From NCBI GenBank assembly GCA_964414145.1, contig CAYPVH010000008.1, positions 17,369 to 81,368 of the forward strand: a stretch of DNA of 64,000 bases, read 5' to 3'. This DNA is from an uncultured Gammaproteobacteria bacterium (GTDB taxonomy: Bacteria > Patescibacteriota > Microgenomatia > UBA1406). Below are positions 52,816-63,095 of the stretch, in pieces (within the stretch, counting starts at the first letter, position 1; each line of letters begins with the position of its first letter). The notes under the pieces are model-generated. The model saw only the letters and a list, made by a program, of their open reading frames with translations. It searched no databases and was not told where the DNA came from. The translations under genes were made by a program, and so were the position numbers.

Positions 52816-52841
52816 ATCGGTAATTATGCGGTTATTATTGG

Positions 52842-54707
52842 TTAGCCATCAATAAGTGCTTTTTCATGTTCTGCTGCCAGCACTTTGACTGCTACATGCG
52901 ACGGACCAGCAAAGAATAGACCTTCACCGACGCCAGAGGATAGTAGAAAATGCTTTTCACCACTAGTTAAGTAGAAAATTTCAGTAAGTTTATCAACCGA
53001 AACGGGGGATTGCTTTAAGAGTATTTGAATACTAGAGTTTGTTATTATTGCTCTACCCTCATTTGTAGATAAAAAGTCTTCAACATCTTGCGTTATGGTA
53101 GTTAACCCTAAGCCATATTTTCTTGCTCTTTTTGTGAAATTATATATATATTCTGCCGAGTCTTTTTGTTTAATTAAGTACCATGCCTCATCGATAATTA
53201 ATAATCTCTTCTTTTTTTCATGCCTAATTTTTGTCCAGATATAATTTAAAATGATATACATCGCCACTGGCCTAAGATTATCTTCTAAATCCCTAACGCC
53301 AAAAACTGTAAACTTATTTTTAAAAGAGAAGTTGGATTGAGCATTAAAAATTCCCGAAGCCGAACCTTTAATAAATTTTTCAAATTTAAAAGCCATATTT
53401 TGAGATGCTTCTTGTTCCATACCAATAAATACTTTATACAAATCTTCCAAAAGGGGCGGTTCCTTTGTATGTGTTGTTGAATCCTGGGTTATACCTCTTT
53501 GTTGATAGGTAAGAATTAGTGCCTTGTCTAAAAGTGCGTCCTCTTCAGGTGTCAGCTCACCCATGATAACCTTCATCAGAGTATGTAGAGAAAGAACATT
53601 GTTTGCCAAGGCGTCTTCACCTTCTTCTTCAACAGGTAAGTCAAAAGGATTAATCCTAACTGGAGAACTTCCTGTAAATTCAACATAGTCACCTTCAAAT
53701 TTTGTACAAATGTTTTTATACTCGTTTTCTGGGTCAATAATAATAACTTCAGTACCAACCATCAGTTCTCTCATCACCTCTAGTTTTATCATGAAACTTT
53801 TACCACCTCCCGACTTACCCAAAACCACCATATTAGCGTTTTCCAAGCTAAAACGATCAAAGATAACTAAACTAGAATCAGATTGGTTAACTCCATACAA
53901 AATGCCTTCCGACATTGTTAAAGACGATGTAATAAAAGGAAAAGTCATAGCTAAAGAAGTTGTATCCATATTGCGCCAAACATTTTGCTTATCCATAAAA
54001 AGTGGTAAAGTTGATTTAAATCCTTCCTCGACTTCTAGAATTGATCTTTTAGATATTATTAATAACGAGGAAAGCGTACTCTCAACTTCTTTTGTGATTC
54101 GCTCAAGCTCGTCTTTCGTTTCAGCCGGAACTGTGATATATAAACCATACTGAAAAAATCTTTCTGCCCCTTTGGCAATTTCCGCCTGAAGCCCTAGCGC
54201 GTCATCCAGAGCTACCTGAACTGTTGGATCAACTACTTTCCCTTTTTTAATTTCGCTTTCCAGCGTTGCCTCCATTTCGGCAATTTTTCTTTTAAGATCA
54301 TCTAAAACTACTTTTGATTGTGTTGGATATATAAACATCGAAACAACTAGAGGGTGATCAAAGGTTATTAAAGAATGAAGCCAATTAGGACCAACATATC
54401 TTGGATAACCAACCACAAACAGGGTAGTGTAGTAGGTATCGTTAACCTTTAAATGTGAAAAGTCTACTTCCACATAAGAAGGGGCTACAATATCTGATAC
54501 ACTTGTTAAACCTAAGGCAAACTTACTGGCAATCTTATCTGTTTTTACTGCCTTTTTTTGCTCTTCGTTTGCCTTTTTAGGCACCACCTGTTTATCAACT
54601 GTCTGATCCTGAACTTTTTCTTCACTAACCTTTGCTTCAGTACTAGCTTGTTTTGCTGTTGATTTAGTTTCTTCAGTATTGCTATTTTTTTTGCCAAAAT
54701 TAAACAT
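52842..54707 (-). CDS. VirB4/TraC/TrbE-family type IV secretion ATPase
   Basis: Walker A MVVLGKSGGGKSFMIK, Walker B RLLIIDEAWYLI, GLGLTTITQDVEDF. N-terminal domain IVAPSYVEVDFSHLKVNDTYYTTLFVVGYPRYVGPNWL is typical of VirB4 homologues. Confidence 0.8.
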   Translation of the reverse strand: MFNFGKKNSNTEETKSTAKQASTEAKVSEEKVQDQTVDKQVVPKKANEEQKKAVKTDKIASKFALGLTSVSDIVAPSYVEVDFSHLKVNDTYYTTLFVVGYPRYVGPNWLHSLITFDHPLVVSMFIYPTQSKVVLDDLKRKIAEMEATLESEIKKGKVVDPTVQVALDDALGLQAEIAKGAERFFQYGLYITVPAETKDELERITKEVESTLSSLLIISKRSILEVEEGFKSTLPLFMDKQNVWRNMDTTSLAMTFPFITSSLTMSEGILYGVNQSDSSLVIFDRFSLENANMVVLGKSGGGKSFMIKLEVMRELMVGTEVIIIDPENEYKNICTKFEGDYVEFTGSSPVRINPFDLPVEEEGEDALANNVLSLHTLMKVIMGELTPEEDALLDKALILTYQQRGITQDSTTHTKEPPLLEDLYKVFIGMEQEASQNMAFKFEKFIKGSASGIFNAQSNFSFKNKFTVFGVRDLEDNLRPVAMYIILNYIWTKIRHEKKKRLLIIDEAWYLIKQKDSAEYIYNFTKRARKYGLGLTTITQDVEDFLSTNEGRAIITNSSIQILLKQSPVSVDKLTEIFYLTSGEKHFLLSSGVGEGLFFAGPSHVAVKVLAAEHEKALIDG

Positions 54708-54710
54708 GAA

Positions 54711-55364
54711 TTATTCTCCGTGAACTAAGTAACTTTCAAACATACCAGCATCTACCAAATCAGCACCGGTTGAAGAGGGATTGTACAAATTGTAAAAAAA
54801 ATTCACCAATTCAGTTTTGGAAAGTGTTTGGGAACGTAACCCAACCCTAGCTAACAATCTCAATAAATGGTCTTTTTTAGGATAAAGTGCAGTTTTTGCT
54901 CTTTGCATTATATATTCAGAAGAATAGCTAGAAGAAACAGCTCCTTTTGCCCCTAATTCAAGAGTTGAAAAAGAGATAACTAAAAAAAATCGTTTTTTTA
55001 AGACAGTGTTTTGTGTCACAATACTTTTTATAAACTCCATATATTTAATTAACCAATCCTTGGTTATGTTGCTTGTTTGTTTTTCCAGCTTTTTATCTAG
55101 ATAGCTTAAATAATCAGAAATATTCATTCGATTTGAAGCAATTACAATTTGAATAGCAAAAGACAATGAATTTAATAATGAGCCATAAGCATAGATTAAC
55201 GAGTCTTGCTCTTCTTCAGAAAGCAATGAAAAATTTATAGCTGAAGTTTCTATTACCGTAACACAAGATCCATCTTTAAGTAAAACAATATCATTATCTA
55301 TTTCTTTAATTTCGATAAATTCCTGAGTAGTAGACTTTATTGGGGCTGTTTGTTTTTTTATCAT
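54711..55364 (-). CDS. T4SS-associated hypothetical protein resembling the N-terminal domain of Gram-positive VirB4 homologues
   Basis: IEIKEIDNDIVLLKDGSCVTVIETSAINFSLLSEEEQDSLIYAYGSLLNSLSFAIQIVI ... KKRFFLVISF follows the pattern of the VirB4/TcpF-type N-domain. Sits between the PrgI-like and VirB4-like genes with 4-16-nt gaps. Confidence 0.4.
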   Translation of the reverse strand: MIKKQTAPIKSTTQEFIEIKEIDNDIVLLKDGSCVTVIETSAINFSLLSEEEQDSLIYAYGSLLNSLSFAIQIVIASNRMNISDYLSYLDKKLEKQTSNITKDWLIKYMEFIKSIVTQNTVLKKRFFLVISFSTLELGAKGAVSSSYSSEYIMQRAKTALYPKKDHLLRLLARVGLRSQTLSKTELVNFFYNLYNPSSTGADLVDAGMFESYLVHGE

Positions 55365-55379
55365 GTTTTACTTGTTAAA

Positions 55380-56279
55380 TTACAATGCAAATATTTTAAT
55401 ATTTTCTGCTGATTCGTTTAATTTCATTTTAGCAAAATGGTACTTTTTTTTAGGATCCTCAAGCTCTATGAAATAGTCCCCTTTTGGCAGCGGTAGATTA
55501 TTTTGAAAAATCCCATTGCTAGCCGTTTTAAACAACCGAACCGTTTCAATGCCTTTCTTTATATATACTAATATATTCCCAAGCGGAACACCACCTGAAG
55601 ACAAAACAACTCCCGAAACGGTAATAACACTGCTGCTATTATTCACCTCTTTGCTACCAATATTTATGGTTGTGAAATTACTTTCCAGCCTGTCGTTATG
55701 TAGATCTGGATTCACTTTAATTCCGCTAACCAAATTTTCATTTATATTTGAGGTCGTTGGTGAAACTCGCTTTTCTTCTGTTCCCTCAGTAGTAGGTGAA
55801 GCAAACATTAAGGATTGTAGTTTACTTTTTTTTTGTTCAAAGCTTTGATCTATATCTTCAAGTTTATCTTTCAAATCTTCTCTGGGTTTTTTTTCAAGAT
55901 ATTCATTAAGCTTTTGCTGAGCCTTAATGTGCTCAATTAACACTTCTCTCGGTGGCAAGGTTATTCCAAGTAATATTTTGGGTGGTAGATTATTTTTCTT
56001 AAAATAATACTGCGTTGGCGATGTTAACCGCTTAAATAAATTTTTCAGCCAAATGTCTAAGGGCCTTTCGTTAATTGGCACAAAGGCAAATCCAATTCCA
56101 ATAGCCACCGGCACTGCAGCAACAATAAAATTCAATAAAAAAATATTTGGAATTAAAAAAAATAATATTACACCAAATACAGCCCCAAAAGCCAAATAAC
56201 CGAATTGCTTTATTGTTAATTCACCAATTAATTTAAATTCAAATGTTGTTATTTGCCTTGGTACCGGATGCTCTTGCAT
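55380..56279 (-). CDS. PrgI-family (VirB3-like) T4SS membrane protein with a C-terminal CarboxypepD_reg-like beta-sandwich extension
   Basis: VPRQITTFEFKLIGELTIKQFGYLAFGAVFGVILFFL followed by a second TM: the PrgI pattern. C-terminal VSGVVLSSGGVPLGNILVYIKKG. Confidence 0.6.
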   Translation of the reverse strand: MQEHPVPRQITTFEFKLIGELTIKQFGYLAFGAVFGVILFFLIPNIFLLNFIVAAVPVAIGIGFAFVPINERPLDIWLKNLFKRLTSPTQYYFKKNNLPPKILLGITLPPREVLIEHIKAQQKLNEYLEKKPREDLKDKLEDIDQSFEQKKSKLQSLMFASPTTEGTEEKRVSPTTSNINENLVSGIKVNPDLHNDRLESNFTTINIGSKEVNNSSSVITVSGVVLSSGGVPLGNILVYIKKGIETVRLFKTASNGIFQNNLPLPKGDYFIELEDPKKKYHFAKMKLNESAENIKIFAL

Positions 56280-56332
56280 ATATACATATTAACATGTTTG
56301 TTTTTTGCATTCATATCTCAAAAGTCCTTATC

Positions 56333-56361
56333 TTGACAAAGCTCATGAATGTTGCCAGAAT
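56333..56361 (+). promoter_or_regulatory. possible promoter (TTGACA-17-CAGAAT) for 56370..57881
   Basis: TTGACA 56333-56338, 17-nt spacer, CAGAAT 56356-56361. The ATG is 8 nt downstream, implying a leaderless or near-leaderless mRNA. Confidence 0.35.
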
Positions 56362-56369
56362 GATAAGTA

Positions 56370-57881
56370 ATGAGAAGAATACTTCCTGGATTTCTTTTGT
56401 CAACAATATTTTTTTTGTTTTTGCCGCTTTTGTTTTCAATTACAAAAGCCGAAACGGTAGATGTAAAAATCCAGAATCGGTGGGACCTGCCCAGTTTAGG
56501 CCAACAAGAAGAAGCGTTACGTGATTGTCGTGGAGAAGGGGACGAGGGCTTGTGCCAAGAAAGAATAACCTTAAAGCAAATCGGAACCGATATTCCCAGC
56601 AGTCTTAGCTGTGCACTTGGTGGCGTTGTTTGTGGCGCTAAAAATCAAACCGAAGCCAGGTACTATATGAATAAAAGCGTTTTGGCACAAGGCACACAAT
56701 TAATTGCTTTTCTCTATACACAACCCCCGGCCTCAACCGGAGAATTTCTGGCTTACACCTTTAATAGGGCTGGACTAATTCCCAAAACATATGCTCAAGG
56801 TATCACTTATTCCCGGCTATTACCTATTCTTCCTATTTGGCGCGCTTTCAGAGATATTGCATACATTTTGCTAAGCATTGTTATGTTGTTTATTGGTTTA
56901 ATGATAATGTTCCGCAGTAAAGTTAACCCCCAGACTATTGCGAATGTTGAAAACACTATTCCTAAGCTTGTTGTAACAATGATTCTAATTGCTTTTTCTT
57001 TCCCAATTGCCAGTTTAATCATTGATTTTATGTATGTTTTAATTGCTGCCGGAATTGGTGTAATTGGGAATATTAACGAAATTAGTGATCCAAACGTTGC
57101 TAAAGCCATTGCAGATTTTACCACTGGTGGTTTAGGAGTATTAATTAAAAGAACATTAGCCCCGGCCTTGGAATTTTCCAACATCGGTACCGCTGTTGGT
57201 GGGGCTGTTGCAGTGGGTGGCACAACTATTGCCGGCCTTGGAATTGGTATGTCTGCCGTTTCAGGAATTGGGCTACTAGCTTTTCCAATTATTGGTTTAA
57301 TTGCTGCTGGAATTTCTGGTACTGCTGCAGATGGTGGTAATTTTTTTATTAACGCGCTCAGTCCAATTTTTGTTTTATTAATCTTAGTCGTTTTATTCTT
57401 TAATATCTTCAAAATATTCTTTATGCTTTTGAACGCTTATATACAAATATTAATCAGTATTATTTTGTCACCATTAATATTATTGGTGAATGCCGTTCCC
57501 GGGCAAAACACACTAAGCAGTTGGATTAAAGGTTTATTATCTAACATGCTTACATTTGTAGTTACTGCCGTTATGCTATACCTCGCTTATGGTATTGCCT
57601 CACTGGTACAGAACCAGAATTTTTGGGTGCCGCCAATGTTAGTTCAGTCGGGTATACCCCAAATTTCGATTGGCTTGATTAGTTTAGGTATTGTTTTACT
57701 AATTCCACAAGTTGTAGCTAAAGTTAAGGGAATTTTTGGCACAAAGCCGATGTTTAATGTTGGCCCTAGCATGCTTACTCAACCAATAACCAGTTCTGCA
57801 ACACAGGGAATGGGCTTGGCTGGTCAATTTCATACAACAGCCCAATTTGCTAAACCCCTTCTGGATAAACTTAAAAAGTAG
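56370..57881 (+). CDS. polytopic Gly/Ile-rich membrane protein, VirB6/TrbL-like candidate
   Basis: Signal peptide, a ~130-aa periplasmic Cys-containing segment, then at least 7 TM helices. Divergent from the PrgI/VirB4 operon. The call is by position and topology only. Confidence 0.4.
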   Translation: MRRILPGFLLSTIFFLFLPLLFSITKAETVDVKIQNRWDLPSLGQQEEALRDCRGEGDEGLCQERITLKQIGTDIPSSLSCALGGVVCGAKNQTEARYYMNKSVLAQGTQLIAFLYTQPPASTGEFLAYTFNRAGLIPKTYAQGITYSRLLPILPIWRAFRDIAYILLSIVMLFIGLMIMFRSKVNPQTIANVENTIPKLVVTMILIAFSFPIASLIIDFMYVLIAAGIGVIGNINEISDPNVAKAIADFTTGGLGVLIKRTLAPALEFSNIGTAVGGAVAVGGTTIAGLGIGMSAVSGIGLLAFPIIGLIAAGISGTAADGGNFFINALSPIFVLLILVVLFFNIFKIFFMLLNAYIQILISIILSPLILLVNAVPGQNTLSSWIKGLLSNMLTFVVTAVMLYLAYGIASLVQNQNFWVPPMLVQSGIPQISIGLISLGIVLLIPQVVAKVKGIFGTKPMFNVGPSMLTQPITSSATQGMGLAGQFHTTAQFAKPLLDKLKK

Positions 57882-57904
57882 TAAAAATACTATTTAACAA
57901 TAAC

Positions 57905-60900
57905 CTATTTCATTTCAACCTCTTTCATACCTTCTTGCATCGCCTTCCATAGCATCAATAAAAACCCAATAATCAAGATTGTTGCCATCATGTTACCAAA
58001 AACATACCCTTCATCAATTCTTAAGTGACCTCGAATATTTTCTACAGTCCAGTCACCAATATGTGGTTTGCTTTTAATTCGGAACAAAGTTGGAAAGGCT
58101 TTCTGTAATGGCTCAACCAAAAAAGAAGGCAGGGGAACTTCTAATTTTCTTGCGGTACCATCTTTTCCTTTACCCATAGGAATTTGGATTTTACTGCTTA
58201 ACCCAGTAGTTTTTAAGTCAGATTGACCGTAAATAAACATCCCCTCCGGTTCAACAGCGTCGTACACCTTCTTCATTTCTTTTACGCTCCAATTTAAACT
58301 CCCATATTTGTCACTCGGGTAGTTAAAAGATGCCCAAGAGGCTTGCCCGGGAACATAGCGCCCTGCCAAAGGTATATCTCTTGCCAGCGAACCTCTAAAA
58401 ATACCACCTACATAGGCAAACATCGTACCTGCAGCCTTAGCAGCTCCATCATCACCATAACTTTGCTTAAAGGTTTTAATTTTGGGAATTGCTTCTTTCA
58501 GTTTTGCGATCATTTTTTCTACCGACTTTTCAGTATCCCTTGTTTGAATTGCTTCAACAGCACCATTAATTATGTCGCCAAAATGTTTTGTTACTCCAAT
58601 ATACGCCCCAAGGTCACCAGCATTTCGTGGAAAAAGTGTCATACCAATGTGCTGAAAATGAAGATTCATATTATTCATATTTTCCCAACCAAACGGGTCT
58701 ACATTACCATTCAAAATTAACTTGCTATAATAATCTTTTAAAGATGTTTCTTCGCTAAATATTCCCTTAACCCTACTTTTTGCCATTAAACTATCTTTGT
58801 CATAAAATATTTTTCTAGATATTTTTATAAACTCTCTATAAAGTTCCTCCTCTGTTCCTTGGGCGTCATAAACTTTTTTTATGTTACCAACTAAATATGC
58901 TTTTGTTCTTTCTTTTAGCGTTTTAAATCTCTCATCATCTGGATTAAGAATAAAATCTTCAACTGTAACGTCACCTGCTTTGAATATATCTATCCTTGCC
59001 CGTTCAACAAACTCAAGTCCAGACATGGCGCGTTCAAAAATCCTTCTGGCTCGAGTTAAATCATCGTTTTCACCAAACGTGAGCGGATTAGCCTCTGTTC
59101 CTCTAAGCGCTTCTACTTCGTCATGGGTTAAAAAGGCAACCAAGCCGTTATTCCTATAGTTATCTCTAATCCAGGCTTCAATACTACCCCGAAAACTTTC
59201 GTTGTGTCTAAAATACTGTGGCTGTTCGTGTCGGAAAAAAAAGGTTGGCCGATTTTGAAAGAAATCACTCACAATAGAACCAACCATTTCTTTATCTCTT
59301 TTTTTACTGTCTTCTGTTTCCCACTTAATTCTAATGTTTCCAGGTGGCTTCTTTAAAAAGTTATATGCAGCAGTTTGGCCGTCCCTTTTTAAAATTTTGG
59401 TAAATGTAGCCTCTCCGTCAACCACTGAGCTACCTGGAATAAAAATACAATCTTCTCTTGTATAGAAAAAGGACTCATTTCTCCAACCTGCTCTTCTGGA
59501 AAGACTGGCGTGTGCCCCTAGTTTCTCAAGCATAAAGGCTGGTATTTCTTGTTCTCTAAAAGCCTTTGCCGTTTTTTCATCATCGGTGTTAATCCCAAAT
59601 ACTGTTGCATTCCACACATCTACCGCCCTGTTCCACCTTTCAGAAACTGGTGGCATCCTTTCCTCAAGATCTATTGGAGCAAAAGATAATAAATTTAAAT
59701 TATAAGGGTCATGCTTAATCCAGAACCACATCCATTTAAGCGGGTTAAGCTCAAACAGAAGTTCTCGAAATGGAAAATCATTGTAACTTGGCCCGAATTG
59801 CTCAATTAATGCACCCTTTATGTGTTCAAATTCAGACTGCCTTATTCTTTCACCTCTTTCCATTTTTCCTATTACTATTGCCGCTGGCGTTCCTTCCTGT
59901 GCTTTTATTTTTCCCAAAGCAACATCCATCGGTGGCGTTGCTTTAGACAATAACCACAATAAATCCCCACTTGCAATAGTTAAACCTCTACCAATAGCGC
60001 TATACACCGACTTTTCCTGGTCATTCATATCGGGGTACAAAAACTTCAGTTCCTGTTCTAACTGATAGTCTATTTCCAATTTCTCAGAATTTAGTTCTTT
60101 AAACAGGTCTGGCGTTAATGCGTAATTATTGGCAACCAACTTTCTTTCAATAATCGAAAGGTATGTGGCATAGGCCTGCATCACTTCTCTTCGGGCAAAT
60201 AACTTTTCTGCTGTTGCGTTGTTTAACTGCTTTGCCGCCTCACTAAAAGCTTCCGAATTACCCCCTTTTGCTTTTTCAGTTATCTCTTTTAAAGCTCTGT
60301 AGCCCTGTTCAATTGCCCCAATTTCAGACGATATATACAATGGAGCAATATAAGCGATACTTTCCTGGCGTTTCACCTCTGTTGTTCTAATTCTTTCCTC
60401 ACCATTATGACTGTCTTGCCTGGTGTCTTCATACATAAAAGCAACTGCCAACTCTTCATGCTCTTTGCTTTCATCTGTTGTTTGGCCAAACTTAAGCTGC
60501 TTTTTCACATATGGATCGGCTTTCATCGATTGAACACTGCTGGACACGTCATGATAAAAACCCATCCATCGATTTGTTCCTTGGTCACTACCACCCAAAC
60601 CTCTTAGTGCCAAAGTTCTAATATCATGAAAGATTTCGTCAAACTGGTCGTCGGCAACTCTTAACTCTTGGTTTCTGCTATTTAATGCGCCACTTATTTT
60701 TGTTTCTAGTTTTGTTAAGTCTATGCCGCTTTCCTCGTAGTAACCTGCTTCTTGCCTAGACAGTTGGGCCACTTTACCTCTGAAAAATTCGACCATTGTG
60801 TACGGGTCAGATGTGCCAACCATTAAGTACGAAGCTAATTCGGTAATATTTTTTAACTGTTTTTCGTCAAAAGAATCAAAATTTCTAACTACCTGATTTT

Positions 60901-61918
60901 GCTGTCTAAACATTAATTGAAAACGACCACCACCAAGTTGTGATTCATAAACTTCATGTATCCTCATCCCTAATAATGTATAGTATTCCATTAATGCTTG
61001 CCTTGATGCTTCAGGGTTATCAAAAGTAAGTTTAGATTTTCTGATCATTTCTTCCATAAATTGGTGCCTAGCAGCCTCTTTATCTGTTTTGGTAAATGTT
61101 TGTACTAATTTAAGTATTTGTAGCGGGTCCAGTGTGGTTAAAAGCATATCTGCCTTTATTTGATCCCCTTTCGAAAGAGTTTCAACAAACTTCTTTCTTA
61201 ACACATCAAGCGGTTCAGAACCAGCTTCGGTTCTTTCTGTCTCAAATGGTTCAGCTTCAATTGATTGAAGCAAGTCAATTGCAGCAAAATCATCGATGCC
61301 ATAATCTTCAACAAGTCGTCTATGCAGCTCAACTGAGAAATCATCGGGTAAACCATAATAATCTCTTGCATACCTAGCTATCTGTGCTACCGTTTCTAAG
61401 TTTTCTACCGACGGAACATCTTCACCCAAAAATATTTCCACTGCAGCGTTTATTTTTCTTACTCCTTCTTGTGACCCCTGTGTCGATCCTTCAGCAACTT
61501 TATTAATATATTTGGCCATTGGCAGTAGGTTATCTTCCTTAACTGCAATACCTCTGTTTATCTGACTAAAAAACTGCTTATCTGCCCCAGACGCGTTTTG
61601 CGAAAGTTCTCTAACCGACCCATTAATTACCGCTCTAATATCTGGCGTTTCTACTTTCCCTTGCCCTCCAGCCCCCCCTCTCTGAATTATGCTTTTAAGC
61701 TTTTTCAATTTACTACCGCTTTTCTCTCGCTTTGTTTTGTTTCGGTCAGTTGGATCAGTCAAATCAGCTTCTAAATACTCTCTTACTTCTCTCGACGGTT
61801 TATCGCTTGGCTTGTCTGCCTTAGAAAACAAATTTACTAACTTATCCCTTAATTTTGATGTAGTTGTTGAGGTTGCCTCAAGGTTTCTTGTTCTACCCCC
61901 TATTTCCGGTGATTCCAT
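57905..61918 (-). CDS. 1337-aa hypothetical giant protein with a single C-terminal TM anchor
   Basis: Uninterrupted ORF. Disordered, basic N-terminus. C-terminal GNMMATILIIGFLLMLWKAM. No catalytic motif recognised. Confidence 0.65.
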   Translation of the reverse strand: MESPEIGGRTRNLEATSTTTSKLRDKLVNLFSKADKPSDKPSREVREYLEADLTDPTDRNKTKREKSGSKLKKLKSIIQRGGAGGQGKVETPDIRAVINGSVRELSQNASGADKQFFSQINRGIAVKEDNLLPMAKYINKVAEGSTQGSQEGVRKINAAVEIFLGEDVPSVENLETVAQIARYARDYYGLPDDFSVELHRRLVEDYGIDDFAAIDLLQSIEAEPFETERTEAGSEPLDVLRKKFVETLSKGDQIKADMLLTTLDPLQILKLVQTFTKTDKEAARHQFMEEMIRKSKLTFDNPEASRQALMEYYTLLGMRIHEVYESQLGGGRFQLMFRQQNQVVRNFDSFDEKQLKNITELASYLMVGTSDPYTMVEFFRGKVAQLSRQEAGYYEESGIDLTKLETKISGALNSRNQELRVADDQFDEIFHDIRTLALRGLGGSDQGTNRWMGFYHDVSSSVQSMKADPYVKKQLKFGQTTDESKEHEELAVAFMYEDTRQDSHNGEERIRTTEVKRQESIAYIAPLYISSEIGAIEQGYRALKEITEKAKGGNSEAFSEAAKQLNNATAEKLFARREVMQAYATYLSIIERKLVANNYALTPDLFKELNSEKLEIDYQLEQELKFLYPDMNDQEKSVYSAIGRGLTIASGDLLWLLSKATPPMDVALGKIKAQEGTPAAIVIGKMERGERIRQSEFEHIKGALIEQFGPSYNDFPFRELLFELNPLKWMWFWIKHDPYNLNLLSFAPIDLEERMPPVSERWNRAVDVWNATVFGINTDDEKTAKAFREQEIPAFMLEKLGAHASLSRRAGWRNESFFYTREDCIFIPGSSVVDGEATFTKILKRDGQTAAYNFLKKPPGNIRIKWETEDSKKRDKEMVGSIVSDFFQNRPTFFFRHEQPQYFRHNESFRGSIEAWIRDNYRNNGLVAFLTHDEVEALRGTEANPLTFGENDDLTRARRIFERAMSGLEFVERARIDIFKAGDVTVEDFILNPDDERFKTLKERTKAYLVGNIKKVYDAQGTEEELYREFIKISRKIFYDKDSLMAKSRVKGIFSEETSLKDYYSKLILNGNVDPFGWENMNNMNLHFQHIGMTLFPRNAGDLGAYIGVTKHFGDIINGAVEAIQTRDTEKSVEKMIAKLKEAIPKIKTFKQSYGDDGAAKAAGTMFAYVGGIFRGSLARDIPLAGRYVPGQASWASFNYPSDKYGSLNWSVKEMKKVYDAVEPEGMFIYGQSDLKTTGLSSKIQIPMGKGKDGTARKLEVPLPSFLVEPLQKAFPTLFRIKSKPHIGDWTVENIRGHLRIDEGYVFGNMMATILIIGFLLMLWKAMQEGMKEVEMK

Positions 61919-61921
61919 TTC

Positions 61922-62116
61922 TTATTTAAGTTTTTTAATTAATATTTTTAAAAATATACCTTTTTTAATTATTTCTTTTAAGCCACAGTCAATACATCCT
62001 TCATTAATTGTTAAAAATAATATTAAGTCTAGCAGAAAGGTAGGTAAAAACAAAGGTAGGAGTAGAAGCTTATATAAAATTCTTAGTATACCTAAATTCT
62101 GGTTTTTAGCTTTCAT
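61922..62116 (-). CDS. possible 64-aa small membrane protein
   Basis: Stop lies 3 nt before the ATG of the giant ORF. Hydrophobic core LLLLPLFLPTFLLDLILFL. No SD seen. Confidence 0.3.
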   Translation of the reverse strand: MKAKNQNLGILRILYKLLLLPLFLPTFLLDLILFLTINEGCIDCGLKEIIKKGIFLKILIKKLK

Positions 62117-62166
62117 TAAAAAATTAACTTAAAGCAATTATACCGAGAAAGAAAGAGTGAAAAAGA

Positions 62167-62967
62167 TTATTTTTTCTGTAGCACCGGTTTGTTGGAGCTT
62201 ATATACTGCCAAATGCCAAACAAGGTAAATATATTCCAATAAAGCGCTAAGCCAACCGGAAATCTGAAAGACAACCAACCAATCATTAAGGGAAACATAA
62301 TTACCATCTGCTTCTGCATCATTGACTGAAAATCTGATTGGTCATCTTTTTTCTTATTCTTATCTTGGGTTTCTTTTTTAATAGGGGTCATTGATTTACT
62401 ACTTAATCGTGCCTGATATAATTGTAATCCTGCAGTTATAACCGGAATTAGTAGATACCACCAACCTACACTTTGCCACTCAGCCGGGGTTTTATGCAAA
62501 TTTAAACCAAAAAAGGAAACATCAATGGTTTTAATTTTTAGAAATGTAAAGTAAACCATTTCATTTAGCTTCGCAATTGCCTCAGCTCCTGCCCCATTGG
62601 TTACTACTCTAGACAAAGCATTATATAAACCAATAAATATCGGCATCTGTATTATAAATATTAAACATCCCGATCCGGGGTTAACTTTGTGTTTTTTATA
62701 AAGCTGTAGTTGAGCTTGCTGAAGCTTTAAAGGTTCTTTTTTATACTTTTTCTGAAACTTTGCCAACTCCGGCTGTATTTCTTGCAATTTTTTAGACTGT
62801 TCAATTTGCTTCTGCATTAGGGGGTTAATCGCTAGTCTAACCCCAGCAGTTACAGCAATTATGGACCATCCTAAAGCCCCAGGTAACTTTAGATAAGAAA
62901 AGATACTATAAAAAAGTAGTAATAAGTTAACTATGGGAGCAATTAATAATGTATCAATAATATTCAT
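62167..62967 (-). CDS. yidC: membrane protein insertase YidC/Oxa1 family (short form)
   Basis: WSIIAVTAGVRLAINPLMQKQIEQSKKLQEIQPELAKFQKKYK, GCLIFIIQMPIFIGLY, FPVGLALYWNIFTLF. Likely start ATG 62967. An extended -10 TGCTATAAT (62988..62980) lies just upstream. Confidence 0.9.
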   Translation of the reverse strand: MNIIDTLLIAPIVNLLLLFYSIFSYLKLPGALGWSIIAVTAGVRLAINPLMQKQIEQSKKLQEIQPELAKFQKKYKKEPLKLQQAQLQLYKKHKVNPGSGCLIFIIQMPIFIGLYNALSRVVTNGAGAEAIAKLNEMVYFTFLKIKTIDVSFFGLNLHKTPAEWQSVGWWYLLIPVITAGLQLYQARLSSKSMTPIKKETQDKNKKKDDQSDFQSMMQKQMVIMFPLMIGWLSFRFPVGLALYWNIFTLFGIWQYISSNKPVLQKK

Positions 62968-63066
62968 ATGCAAGTCTCAATTATAGCAAAACAAATTTAT
63001 TAAATTATTTCTTTTTAAGTTGTTGTGGTTTTACTAAAACTTCACTTAATTCTTACATATTTTTAC

Positions 63067-63095
63067 TTGACATAGCTAACACCATAAAATATAAT
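63067..63095 (+). promoter_or_regulatory. perfect consensus sigma70 promoter (TTGACA-17-TATAAT) of the tRNA-Ala/23S transcription unit
   Basis: TTGACA 63067-63072, 17-nt spacer, TATAAT 63090-63095. Confidence 0.75.
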
